NCBI GenBank assembly: GCA_017441295.1
Contig: JAFRYA010000012.1
Coordinates: 13,714-77,713 of the forward strand
Reading direction: 5' to 3'
From: Lachnospiraceae bacterium
GTDB taxonomy: Bacteria; Bacillota; Clostridia; Lachnospirales; Lachnospiraceae
DNA: 64,000 nt
The translations under genes were made by a program, and so were the position numbers. Positions 38,183-47,353 of this stretch are shown piece by piece; the stretch's first letter is position 1, and each line of letters begins with the position of its first letter. The notes under the pieces were generated by a model. The model was not told the origin of the DNA. It searched no databases and saw only the letters and a list, made by a program, of their open reading frames with translations.

Positions 38183-38983
38183 TTATGCCCTTCCGGGCCT
38201 CCTTCTTATTATAAAGAAGTATATCAGGAACACCCCTGCCAGGCTTCCGATCATTACCAGTACATATATTAATATGGAAGAATAATTCAGCTTGACCAGC
38301 TCAATCACAACAGATAGTAGGTTGGCAGATGCATGCAGCACTATAGGTGCCAAAAGGTTCCTGAACCGGTCATATACCAGACAGAGCACGATTCCGAACA
38401 GGAAGGCATAAACGCCCTGCGCCAGATTCAGGTGATAAATGCCAAAAAGTGCCGATGCAATGAGCGCAGACGGCCAGAATCCAATGTATTTATTCAGGCG
38501 GTTAAATACCAGTCCCCTGAAAACCAATTCCTCTGTAATGGCCGAAAGTATGACTACCCTTATTATAATAATGATAATTCCGCCCGAGAACAGATCCTCT
38601 GACGTGGATTCATAATTGCCTATTATACCATCTATATTGATCAGCGATACCAGAATGCTGAGTCCGTGAGACGCCAGGCAGCTAATGAGGATCACCGGAA
38701 TGAAATAATATGGTTTCTTAAATATCTCGTTGGAGTATGGCGCGTGTTCCTTTTTGAACAGAACAGAAAAAATAACAGCACTGGCAATCAGCGCAGCAAT
38801 GCTGATCAGGCTGTTATTCCTGTACATGAATGCATCCATCGGCTCTGTTCCGCCAGCGAAAAATGTGGAGTAAACTGCCATTGCTCCCAGATAGAACAGC
38901 AAGCTGACAGCGTACATAACTATTATCGGCAGTAATACGCTGACGATTATTCTGATAACGCTTGGTCTGCTATTCATGATCAA
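38183..38983 (-). CDS. CPBP-family intramembrane glutamic endopeptidase (CAAX protease-like)
   Basis: Motifs TEELVFRG, FGIYH, HASANL within a polytopic membrane protein. Confidence 0.85.
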   Translation of the reverse strand: MIMNSRPSVIRIIVSVLLPIIVMYAVSLLFYLGAMAVYSTFFAGGTEPMDAFMYRNNSLISIAALIASAVIFSVLFKKEHAPYSNEIFKKPYYFIPVILISCLASHGLSILVSLINIDGIIGNYESTSEDLFSGGIIIIIIRVVILSAITEELVFRGLVFNRLNKYIGFWPSALIASALFGIYHLNLAQGVYAFLFGIVLCLVYDRFRNLLAPIVLHASANLLSVVIELVKLNYSSILIYVLVMIGSLAGVFLIYFFIIRRRPGRA

Positions 38984-39144
38984 ACGACTCTATTAATAAT
39001 GGAAAAAACAATAAACAGTATCAGTGCTACAACAAGAGCGAGGGCCACAACAGTAATGATGATCCTCTTGGTCTTCTCTCTTCTTAAAATAGATTTCCTG
39101 TTTTTCTTTTCTTCTTTATATCTGTTTACTTTTTCCTGACTCAT
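38980..39144 (-). CDS. Small single-pass membrane protein (54 aa), hypothetical
   Basis: Hand translation gives MSQEKVNRYKEEKKNRKSILRREKTKRIIITVVALALVVALILFIVFSIINRVV. Its stop overlaps the start of the CPBP gene. It is below the ORF-track cutoff. Confidence 0.45.
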   Translation of the reverse strand: MSQEKVNRYKEEKKNRKSILRREKTKRIIITVVALALVVALILFIVFSIINRVV

Positions 39145-39198
39145 GTTACAAACTCCAATGCTGATGATATTAATATAATATCATTTTATCCGCCGAAA

Positions 39199-40452
39199 TC
39201 AAGGATTCAGGGCATGTGTTCTGATAATGTCATATTCATCCAGATCCTGTCCCAGATCCACATAGAAGTGCTGCTTCGGATGCGGACAGCTCTCAATGCG
39301 CGCGCCTTCATCATCCCTCATATCCAGAGCCTTCAGCTCCAGATTCTCTCCGCCCGGCTTCATTACTTCTACTATGTCACCGACGCTGAATTTGTTCTTC
39401 TGCTCGAGGCCCACATATTCCCTGCCTTCGAATGTCTTCTTGTCAGTCGTGGCCATGCCCAGATATACCCATTCTTTATTATAGGTATTGTCTGTATATA
39501 TCTGCGCGGAGTCATTAGGCTTGCCGAAGAAAAATCCGGTAGTATATTCCCTGAATGTGCACTTGGAAATTTCCTGCTTGTAGAAATCCACGCGGCTCCT
39601 GTACAGCTCCGGCGACTGGAAGTAATCGTCAATAGCCATCCTGTAAGTCCTGCCTACGCTGGCAACATAGAGTGCGCTCTTCATTCGGCCTTCGACCTTC
39701 AGCGAATCAATGCCCGCCTCGATCATCTCAGGCAGATGCTCTATCATGCAAAGGTCCTTGGAATTGAAGATATATGTACCCCTGTCATTCTCCTCAACAG
39801 GGAAATACTCTCCCGGTCTGGTCTCCTCCATCAGGCTGTATTTCCATCTGCACGGATGCGTGCAGTCGCCCATGTTGGCTGACCTGCCTGTCATATACGC
39901 GCTGAGCAGGCACCTGCCGGAATATGAAATGCACATCGCGCCATGAACGAAGGTCTCAATCTCCATATCTTCAGGTATTTCTTTCCTGAGCTGAGCGATC
40001 TCCGCCAGTGAAAGCTCCCTGGCGCTGACCACCCTCTTGGCTCCCAATGCATGCCAGAATTTATATGTTCCGTAATTAGTATTATTTGCCTGTGTGCTGA
40101 TATGGATATCAACCTCAGGCAGAATTTCCTTCGCCAGTTCGAAAATGCCCGGATCGGAAATGATCAGAGCGTCCACGCCAATTCCTTTCAGGTCATTGAA
40201 ATAAGCCCTGGCGCTCTCCAGGTCCTCATTATGCGCAAGAATATTGGCGGTAACATATACCTTAACGCCGTGCGCATGCGCGAATTCAATGCCCTCCTTC
40301 ATCTCAGGCAGGCTGAAGTTGTGCGCGTTGGCCCTGAGGGAGAATGCTTCTCCGCCGATGTAAACCGCGTCAGCTCCATATATAACAGCCACTTTGAGTA
40401 CCGGAAGCGATCCGGCCGGCATTAACAGTTCAGGTTTCTTTGATACGTTCAT
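39199..40452 (-). CDS. Peptidase U32-family protein (TrhP/YrrO-like; likely an RNA hydroxylation factor rather than a protease)
   Basis: U32 signature ETFVHGAMCISYSGRCLLS. It lies next to a YrrM-like methyltransferase, as in the B. subtilis yrrMNO region. Confidence 0.85.
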   Translation of the reverse strand: MNVSKKPELLMPAGSLPVLKVAVIYGADAVYIGGEAFSLRANAHNFSLPEMKEGIEFAHAHGVKVYVTANILAHNEDLESARAYFNDLKGIGVDALIISDPGIFELAKEILPEVDIHISTQANNTNYGTYKFWHALGAKRVVSARELSLAEIAQLRKEIPEDMEIETFVHGAMCISYSGRCLLSAYMTGRSANMGDCTHPCRWKYSLMEETRPGEYFPVEENDRGTYIFNSKDLCMIEHLPEMIEAGIDSLKVEGRMKSALYVASVGRTYRMAIDDYFQSPELYRSRVDFYKQEISKCTFREYTTGFFFGKPNDSAQIYTDNTYNKEWVYLGMATTDKKTFEGREYVGLEQKNKFSVGDIVEVMKPGGENLELKALDMRDDEGARIESCPHPKQHFYVDLGQDLDEYDIIRTHALNP

Positions 40453-40467
40453 TTTAATCTCCGATAA

Positions 40468-41103
40468 TTATTTCTTTATGCTGAGTGTGACTCCGTCGCC
40501 AATGGTTATTACCGTCGTATCCAGCGCCGGATTGTGCTTGACTTCCCAGATATACTCCCTCATCCTCTCGTGAATGGTCCTCTGCCTCCTGGCGGTAATG
40601 TATCTGGATTCGATCAGGTCGCCGTCCTGCAGCACATTGTCCGAGAGCAGCAGGCCTCCCTTTGGCATGAGACGGATTATCTCCGGCAGGAAGGAAATGT
40701 ACTGGCCCTTCGCAGCATCCATGAATACAAACTCATAAGGTCCTGCCAGGAACGGCATAGCGCTGCCTGCATCTCCTTCAATGAGCGTGATACGGTCAGC
40801 CAGGCCGTTCTTCAGGATATTACTTCCAGCCAGTTTAAGCCTCTTGGGGCTCTTCTCTATGGTGGTTATATGCGCCTTGCTGCAGCTGGCCATAAAGATG
40901 GCAGAAAAGGCTGTGCCCGTCCCGATCTCCAGAATGTGCTTAGGCTTCTTTATCTCCAGCAGCACTCTCAGGAAACTCTCCATCTCCCTGCGGATGATGG
41001 GGACTCCTGTTTTCTCTGCCGTGGCCCTGAGCTTCTCCAGATATTCCGGATTGTCGGACTCCAGCGAATGGATATATGTTGTAATGCGTTCGTTAACTAT
41101 CAT
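40468..41103 (-). CDS. SAM-dependent O-methyltransferase, class I (YrrM/TrmR-like)
   Basis: ILEIGTGTAFSAIFMA and FVFMDAAKGQY match the caffeoyl-CoA O-methyltransferase-like fold. Start set at ATG 41103 because the upstream TTG extension overlaps a terminator hairpin. Confidence 0.8.
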   Translation of the reverse strand: MIVNERITTYIHSLESDNPEYLEKLRATAEKTGVPIIRREMESFLRVLLEIKKPKHILEIGTGTAFSAIFMASCSKAHITTIEKSPKRLKLAGSNILKNGLADRITLIEGDAGSAMPFLAGPYEFVFMDAAKGQYISFLPEIIRLMPKGGLLLSDNVLQDGDLIESRYITARRQRTIHERMREYIWEVKHNPALDTTVITIGDGVTLSIKK

Positions 41104-41106
41104 TTC

Positions 41107-41137
41107 AATAAAAAGGCCGCAGGACAACCCGCGGCCC
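41107..41137 (-). terminator. Intrinsic terminator or attenuator between the mltG-like gene and the methyltransferase
   Basis: The minus strand reads ggccgc/gggttgtcct/gcggcc followed by TTTTTATT. Confidence 0.55.
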
Positions 41138-41150
41138 GCTTATTCACTTG

Positions 41151-42023
41151 CTACTCGTCTTCCATCGTTCCATCGGAGTAATCATATCCCGAAATGATGT
41201 TTATGATCTTCTCCGTATTGTAAGACGGACTGACTTTGTATTTGCCTGCAACAGTCTTGAGATCGAAAAGCTTGCACCTGATCTTGAAAACGAAGGAGTC
41301 ATTCGCTATGAGATCCTTGTCGACCAGGATATTGAATACCTGATCTACTGACATATCGTCTGTAATGGTGAGCTCATAAACTTCAGTGCTCTCCGGATGC
41401 AGCGGCATATCATAGAAGATATTGTATGTCGTGAAGAATCCGATAGCGCAGATGCCTGCAACGATCAGGAATACAATAATACCGATGATCCATCTGATCG
41501 CTCTCTGCTTCGGTGTCAGGATTTCTTTCTGTTTCTTTTTCTTCTTGCCCTTTTTGACCGGCTCCGGTTCAGGCTCAGGCCTGCTGCCGCGGCGGGCTTT
41601 CCTAAGCTCTTCCCTGCTGACGGCCTGTGTCAGACCAGCTTCAGCTCCCTCAGCGGCTTCCTGTATATCTTCGGCCTCTGCTGCAGTTCCGAAATCAATG
41701 TCGTCCAGATTGTACCCTGCATCCCTGAGGGCTGATTCCTTGATGAAAACAGTATCCTCCATTACAGGCTCTTCAGGCTGTGAGGTCTGCTCCTGAACGG
41801 CTTTCGCCAGGCTGGCCTCCAGAGCGTTCTCTTCCTGCTGGACAACCTCATCCAGAGTCGGCTTGGAAGCAGCTGCCTTAAGCTCTGCTTCAGCCTCTCT
41901 CTTAGCCTGGAGATTCTGTGAGCGCATACCCTGGCTTCTCTTATCAGTTCTGCCTGCGCTGCCGCTCTGGCCGCTTCTCATGGACTGGCTTCTTCGGGTC
42001 GATCTGTTGTTATTATTATCCAT
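41151..42023 (-). CDS. Membrane protein with a disordered N-terminus and only the N-terminal (LysM-like) part of a YceG/MltG domain
   Basis: One TM segment (IIGIIVFLIVAGICAIGFF), then ELTITDDMSVDQVFNILVDKDLI...AGKYKV...IINIISG. The protein ends about 100 aa after the TM. Confidence 0.55.
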   Translation of the reverse strand: MDNNNNRSTRRSQSMRSGQSGSAGRTDKRSQGMRSQNLQAKREAEAELKAAASKPTLDEVVQQEENALEASLAKAVQEQTSQPEEPVMEDTVFIKESALRDAGYNLDDIDFGTAAEAEDIQEAAEGAEAGLTQAVSREELRKARRGSRPEPEPEPVKKGKKKKKQKEILTPKQRAIRWIIGIIVFLIVAGICAIGFFTTYNIFYDMPLHPESTEVYELTITDDMSVDQVFNILVDKDLIANDSFVFKIRCKLFDLKTVAGKYKVSPSYNTEKIINIISGYDYSDGTMEDE

Positions 42024-42041
42024 TATTACTCCCTGCGGCTT

Positions 42042-43757
42042 TTATTCTATTTCCAGAATAAACGGCAAGATCATAGGGCCCTTGTTGCCCCGCACCTTAG
42101 TGTACTTGCGTACCGCGTCGGCTATGATCATCTTTGCCTTGCCTCTGTTGTAATGATTGTACATTAAGTAGTTATCCAAGGAATTATATATTATTTCCCT
42201 GATTTCTTCAATAAGTATTTCCACGTCGCCCTCGTAGACCCATCCTCTGGTGAATACTTCCGGTCCTGAAACTATGAGCCTGGTGGACGCATTAATGCAT
42301 ACTGTGACGATCAGCACGCCTCTCTCGGACAGGTCTCTTCTGTCCTGAACGATCGTGCGGCCTACGTCAGCGACACCTGAATTGTCCACATAAATACCAC
42401 CTGCCTGCACGTGGTCAACGATTTCTGCTTTCCTGCCGCCAATCTCCAGCACGTCGCCGGTTTCCATCATGATAACGTTCTTGGAATTGTAGCCCATATC
42501 ATATGCCAGCTCTGCATTGGCCTGACGGTGTCTGTATTCTCCATGGAAAGGAATGATGAACTTAGGCTTAAGCAGCGCATACAGCATCTTGATCTCCTCC
42601 TGGCAGGCATGTCCGGAAACGTGTGTCTGCTCAAAGATAACCTCCGCACCCATCTGAGCCAGCTCGTTCTGTACGTTCGAGACAGCCTTTTCATTGCCTG
42701 GAATCGGGTTTGAAGAGAAAATAATTATATCGCCGGACTTTATGTCCACCTTCTTGTGGTTCTTGGCTGCCATCCTGGAAAGCGCCGCCATATCCTCTCC
42801 CTGGCTGCCGGTAGTGATGATAACTATCTTGTTGTCAGGGTAGTTCTTCATCTCATCAATCGAGATCAGCGTGTTCTTAGGCATTTTGATATAGCCCAGT
42901 TCTGTCGCCGCCTCAATTACATTCACCATTGAGCGGCCCTCGAGGATTACCTTGCGTTTGTATTTGTATGCTGAGTTGATGACCTGCTGTACCCTGTCAA
43001 CATTTGACGCGAATGTGGCAATGATGATCCTCTGCTTGTTGTATTCAGCAAACAGGGCATCGAAGGTGCTGCCAACCGTGGTCTCCGACATGGTATAGCC
43101 AGGTCTCATGGCGTTAGTGGAATCACACAGAACTGCCAGTACACCCTGCTTGCCCAGGTCAGCGAATCTCCAGAGATCTATGGCATCGCCGTACACAGGC
43201 GTATAGTCAACCTTGAAATCGCCTGTATGCACTATAGTGCCTGCCGGTGAAGTGATTGCCAGAGCAGCAGCATCAGAGATGCTGTGATTGGTCCTGACAA
43301 ATTCAATGCTGAACTGCCCTGCCTGTATAGGCTGGCCATAATCTACCACATTGAGGTTAGCAATGTCTGTGAGCTTGTGTTCGGCTACTTTCCTCTTGAT
43401 CAGCGCTATAGACAGCTTGGTGCCGTAAATAGGCGCGTTTACTTCTTTGATAATGTACGGAACTGCACCGATATGGTCTTCATGTCCGTGAGTAATGAAA
43501 AATCCTTTAACTTTGTTCTTATTCTGCTTTAAGTATGTAATGTCCGGAATAATCAGGTCGATGCCGAGCAGTGTGTCGTCAGCAAAGGCCATGCCGCAGT
43601 CAACTACGATAATTGAGTCTCCATATTCAATCGCGGTCATATTCATTCCAATCTGCTCAAGACCTCCAAGCGGGATGATCCTGAGTTTGGACGTCTTCTT
43701 ACGGGCAGTTGCCTTATTGGCAGCCCTGCCCGAATTCTTTTTCTTTTCTTTTGCCAA
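42042..43757 (-). CDS. rnj: Ribonuclease J
   Basis: Metallo-beta-lactamase motif ITHGHEDHIG, beta-CASP domain, 571 aa. TTG start follows AGGAGG. Confidence 0.93.
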   Translation of the reverse strand: MAKEKKKNSGRAANKATARKKTSKLRIIPLGGLEQIGMNMTAIEYGDSIIVVDCGMAFADDTLLGIDLIIPDITYLKQNKNKVKGFFITHGHEDHIGAVPYIIKEVNAPIYGTKLSIALIKRKVAEHKLTDIANLNVVDYGQPIQAGQFSIEFVRTNHSISDAAALAITSPAGTIVHTGDFKVDYTPVYGDAIDLWRFADLGKQGVLAVLCDSTNAMRPGYTMSETTVGSTFDALFAEYNKQRIIIATFASNVDRVQQVINSAYKYKRKVILEGRSMVNVIEAATELGYIKMPKNTLISIDEMKNYPDNKIVIITTGSQGEDMAALSRMAAKNHKKVDIKSGDIIIFSSNPIPGNEKAVSNVQNELAQMGAEVIFEQTHVSGHACQEEIKMLYALLKPKFIIPFHGEYRHRQANAELAYDMGYNSKNVIMMETGDVLEIGGRKAEIVDHVQAGGIYVDNSGVADVGRTIVQDRRDLSERGVLIVTVCINASTRLIVSGPEVFTRGWVYEGDVEILIEEIREIIYNSLDNYLMYNHYNRGKAKMIIADAVRKYTKVRGNKGPMILPFILEIE

Positions 43758-43873
43758 AATTTCCTCCTACACAAAAATCACAAACCACGCAGCGAATAAA
43801 CCCTGCCCGGTCTGTAATCTATTTATATATGCGCGCAGTCCTGTTCGCCGGTGCTGCACAATTAAAATCAAAA

Positions 43874-44137
43874 TTATTCTTCGTCTCCATAAAGGAGTTC
43901 TTCAAAGATCCTGCCTACTGCTTCCAGTTCCTCACCATCTTCAAGGAACTCATAGACAGCCTCTTTGTCTTCAGGAGCTGACATATCCTTCATGATATAT
44001 GCAGTCCATTCTTCGTCATAATTATCTGTATCAGAAACCATCAGGTAGCTGACTCCGCCGACCATGGTCTCTTCAACAACATATAATTCAACTTCTTCAC
44101 CGTTATCACCGGTGACCGTTATCTTCCAATCTTCCAT
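43874..44137 (-). CDS. DUF1292 (YrzB-like) protein
   Basis: Small acidic protein lying after ruvX, as in the Bacillus yrzL-yrrK-yrzB arrangement. Confidence 0.75.
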   Translation of the reverse strand: MEDWKITVTGDNGEEVELYVVEETMVGGVSYLMVSDTDNYDEEWTAYIMKDMSAPEDKEAVYEFLEDGEELEAVGRIFEELLYGDEE

Positions 44138-44543
44138 TCAAATAATCCTGTAATATATACGCGGCAGCTATCTTATCTACATATTTCTTAAGATCTCTGC
44201 CCTTAACTCCCATCTCTGTCAGCGTGTCCTTGGCCTCTATGGTGCTCAGCCGCTCGTCCTGCATTATTATCTCCAGTCCGGTGCGTTTGGCCAGTTTGTC
44301 TTTGAATTCTATGGCACGCTGCGCGCGCTCTCCGACAGAATCGTCCATATTAAGAGGAAGCCCTACCACGATCAGGCTGACCTGATACTCCTGTATCAGC
44401 TCTTCGATCCTGGCCAAGGTCCTCCTTAATTTACTCTCAGAATCTCTGGTTATGGTCTCCACAGGCTGCGCAGTCAATAGCAGGTCGTCGCTGATAGCCA
44501 CGCCAACCGTCTTTGAGCCATAATCCAGACCCATTATCCTCAT
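44106..44543 (-). CDS. ruvX: Putative pre-16S rRNA nuclease / Holliday junction resolvase-like YqgF
   Basis: MRIMGLDYGSKTVGVAISD. Confidence 0.92.
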   Translation of the reverse strand: MRIMGLDYGSKTVGVAISDDLLLTAQPVETITRDSESKLRRTLARIEELIQEYQVSLIVVGLPLNMDDSVGERAQRAIEFKDKLAKRTGLEIIMQDERLSTIEAKDTLTEMGVKGRDLKKYVDKIAAAYILQDYLNGRLEDNGHR

Positions 44544-44551
44544 TTTGATAC

Positions 44552-44818
44552 CTATTTCAGTTTGTTGTCGATATAGAACCTGACAGCCTCTTCAATGAGC
44601 TCGTCACGCTCTACCTTGCCGATGATGCTGCGGGCATTCTTATGGCTGGTGATATAGGTAGGATCACCGGACATAATATAACCAACGATCTGATTGACCG
44701 GATCGTAGCCTTTCTCCGCCAGAGCATCATAAACACGCTCAAACACCTGATCAACCGTAAGGAAATCGTCCTTCTGGAACTTATAATGTTGTGTATAATC
44801 TAAATTATTTTCCATCAT
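44552..44818 (-). CDS. IreB-family (UPF0297/YrzL) regulatory phosphoprotein
   Basis: EKGYDPVNQIVGYIMSGDPTYITSHKNAR. Confidence 0.85.
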   Translation of the reverse strand: MMENNLDYTQHYKFQKDDFLTVDQVFERVYDALAEKGYDPVNQIVGYIMSGDPTYITSHKNARSIIGKVERDELIEEAVRFYIDNKLK

Positions 44819-44850
44819 AGTGTATATTTTAGCTTAAACGAACACCAGTT

Positions 44851-46155
44851 TCAAGTGTCCAATACTGCTTTTAGGCTCTTTTCACCCCCCGCGAGGGTGA
44901 TTACCCGCTCCGGAATGACTGAAATAATCTGATTTATCATGTTTTCCGGGGCCTTCGCCACCACTTTTACATATTCCGGCGTAAAGCCTGAAACGTAAGA
45001 TTCTCCGTCGATTTCAATGTTTTCCTCGACCAGTATTTTCTGTGGCTTTCCTATGTGACTCTCCAGAAACTCAAGGTGTGTCCTGTCGGTTATCCCCATC
45101 ATGCGGTCCACCCTTTCAGCCTTCTCTTTCTTAGAAAGCTGTCCGGGCATTTTGTCTGCTGCCGTGCCCTTTCTTCTGGAATATGGGAAGATGTGCGCCT
45201 GAGAGAAAGCTGCTTTCCGAGCAAACGCCAGGCTCTCTTCGAACTCCTCTTCCGTCTCTCCCGCGAATCCGACAATGATATCCGTGGTTATGCCCGGATC
45301 ATCAAAGTTCGCGCGGATATATTCCAGCGTCTGATAGAACTCATCGGCAGTATATTTGCGGTTCATCCTCTTAAGCGTCGCGTCACAACCGCTCTGCAGT
45401 GAGAGGTGGAAATGCGGGCAGAATTTATCTATCGACCTGAGCGTTTCTATAAGGCTCTCATTTATAATGCCTGCTTCTAAGGAACCCAGGCGGATCCTCT
45501 CCACTCCCTGTATCCGGTCGATCTCTCTTAAGAGTTCTCCGAAACCTTTATCGTAAGAGCTGATATCAATACCGGTGATCACCAGCTCTTTATATCCATT
45601 CTGTACAAGCGTCCTGACCTCATCCAAAACGTCACTGATCTCGCGGCTTCTGGAGCGTCCGCGTACATACGGGATAATGCAGTATGAACAGAATCTGTCG
45701 CAGCCGTCCTGGATTTTGACATAGGCTCTGACATTCTTTCCCTGGTTGGAGATCTTCTGCTCTTCATAATCCCTGCAGTGAGTGAGGTCTGCCACCTCGG
45801 CCTGTTCTGCGCGGCTTTCAAGTGTCTCCTGCGCCAGCTCAGCTATTCTGCTCTTCAGGTTGTTGCCGATGACCATGTCAATGCTCTCGTCAGAGAGGAG
45901 TTTCTCTCCCTCTTCCTGGGCATAGCAGCCCGTCGCGATCACAATCGCTTCAGGGTTCAAACGTTTCGCGCGGTGCAGCATCTGTCTGGATTTCTGCTCA
46001 GCCACCTGCGTAACAGAGCATGTGTTGATCACATACACATCAGCTGCCTGATTAAAGGGTACAATCTCAAAGCCCAGGCCCGTGAACTGTTCCAGTATGG
46101 CCTGGGTTTCGTATGAATTAACCTTGCAACCTAATGTATGAAATGCCGCCTTCAT
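44851..46155 (-). CDS. mtaB: tRNA threonylcarbamoyladenosine methylthiotransferase MtaB (radical SAM)
   Basis: AFHTLGCKVNSYETQ; radical-SAM motif CDRFCSYC; C-terminal TRAM domain. Confidence 0.88.
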   Translation of the reverse strand: MKAAFHTLGCKVNSYETQAILEQFTGLGFEIVPFNQAADVYVINTCSVTQVAEQKSRQMLHRAKRLNPEAIVIATGCYAQEEGEKLLSDESIDMVIGNNLKSRIAELAQETLESRAEQAEVADLTHCRDYEEQKISNQGKNVRAYVKIQDGCDRFCSYCIIPYVRGRSRSREISDVLDEVRTLVQNGYKELVITGIDISSYDKGFGELLREIDRIQGVERIRLGSLEAGIINESLIETLRSIDKFCPHFHLSLQSGCDATLKRMNRKYTADEFYQTLEYIRANFDDPGITTDIIVGFAGETEEEFEESLAFARKAAFSQAHIFPYSRRKGTAADKMPGQLSKKEKAERVDRMMGITDRTHLEFLESHIGKPQKILVEENIEIDGESYVSGFTPEYVKVVAKAPENMINQIISVIPERVITLAGGEKSLKAVLDT

Positions 46156-46162
46156 GTCTCTC

Positions 46163-47344
46163 CTAGTTGATATTAATTATTTCCACGCTGTCGATAGCCT
46201 TCTGATAGAGCTCCTCAATGGTGCCCTCCAGCAGCCTTTCCGAACGATGGATCTTATCCAGCCTCGGCTTGGTTACAGGGTGCTTGGCCACAAATATCGT
46301 GCAGCAGTCTTCGTACGGCAGGATGGACGTCTCGTAAGCATCTATCTTCTCAGAGATTGCCACGATATCCAGCTTGTCAAAAGCGCACAGCGGCCTGTAA
46401 ACAGGGATGGTGCATGGCTCTCCAGTTACCAGCATTGACTGCATGGTCTGGCTGGCCACCTGCCCGATTGACTCGCCTGTAACGAGGCCCAGCGCTCCGC
46501 TCTCCAGAGCGAAATGCTCCGCGATCTTCATCATGTAGCGTCTCATGATGATGGTCAGTTCTTCATGCGGACACTTCTCATAGATAGCCATCTGAATGTC
46601 TGTGAAATTCACGACATGCAGCCTGATCGGGCCAGAGTATCTGGATACGATCTTCGCCAGGTCCACTACCTTCTGCTTAGCTCTCTCTGATGTGTATGGA
46701 GGCGCATGGAAATAGATCGCGTCAATGCTCACGCCCCTCTTGGCCACCATATATCCTGCGACAGGGCTGTCGATACCGCCCGAAAGCAGCAGCATTGCCT
46801 TGCCGGCAGAGCCTACAGGCATTCCGCCGAGGCCCGGAATAATCTTTGAATAAATATTAATGTCATAAGGACGGATCTCGATCATCAGCATGACATCCGG
46901 CTCGTGCACATCCACGCTTAAACCCTCAAACGCATCCAGCAATGCTTCGCCCATCAGCTCGTTCACTTCTACTGATGTCATCGGGAAGGCTTTATCAACA
47001 CGTCTGGTGTTAACCTTGAATGTGAAATCCTTATCCTCGAAAGTCTCATCGATGTATTTTATTACCTGCGGTTTGAGTTCTTCAAATGAACACGGCTCGA
47101 TCTGTGTGACCTCAGCGATGCCGGCAATGCCGAACACCTTGGTCAGAGCGCCAACTGTTTCTTCAGCGCATTCCTCGTCAACTGTCACATATATACGACC
47201 CTGGGCCTTCCTGACCTGGTATCTGCCGCTCACGCCGCCGCGCAGCGCGCTCTTTATATTTTTTACAAGCATATCTTCAAAGATATAGCGGTTCTTGCCC
47301 TTTACGCCTATCTCTGAATATTTGATCAAAAACATCTTGTCCAT
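46163..47344 (-). CDS. thiI: tRNA 4-thiouridine synthase ThiI (no rhodanese domain)
   Basis: THUMP region plus PP-loop LLSGGIDSPVA. Confidence 0.92.
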   Translation of the reverse strand: MDKMFLIKYSEIGVKGKNRYIFEDMLVKNIKSALRGGVSGRYQVRKAQGRIYVTVDEECAEETVGALTKVFGIAGIAEVTQIEPCSFEELKPQVIKYIDETFEDKDFTFKVNTRRVDKAFPMTSVEVNELMGEALLDAFEGLSVDVHEPDVMLMIEIRPYDINIYSKIIPGLGGMPVGSAGKAMLLLSGGIDSPVAGYMVAKRGVSIDAIYFHAPPYTSERAKQKVVDLAKIVSRYSGPIRLHVVNFTDIQMAIYEKCPHEELTIIMRRYMMKIAEHFALESGALGLVTGESIGQVASQTMQSMLVTGEPCTIPVYRPLCAFDKLDIVAISEKIDAYETSILPYEDCCTIFVAKHPVTKPRLDKIHRSERLLEGTIEELYQKAIDSVEIININ

Positions 47345-47353
47345 TCTGTACCT

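Noticed and set aside
41104-41127. TTG-initiated N-terminal extension of the O-methyltransferase
   Set aside because: The extension is encoded by the terminator hairpin and U-tract sequence, and the ATG at 41103 matches where family members start. The ATG lacks an obvious SD, so the start remains somewhat uncertain.
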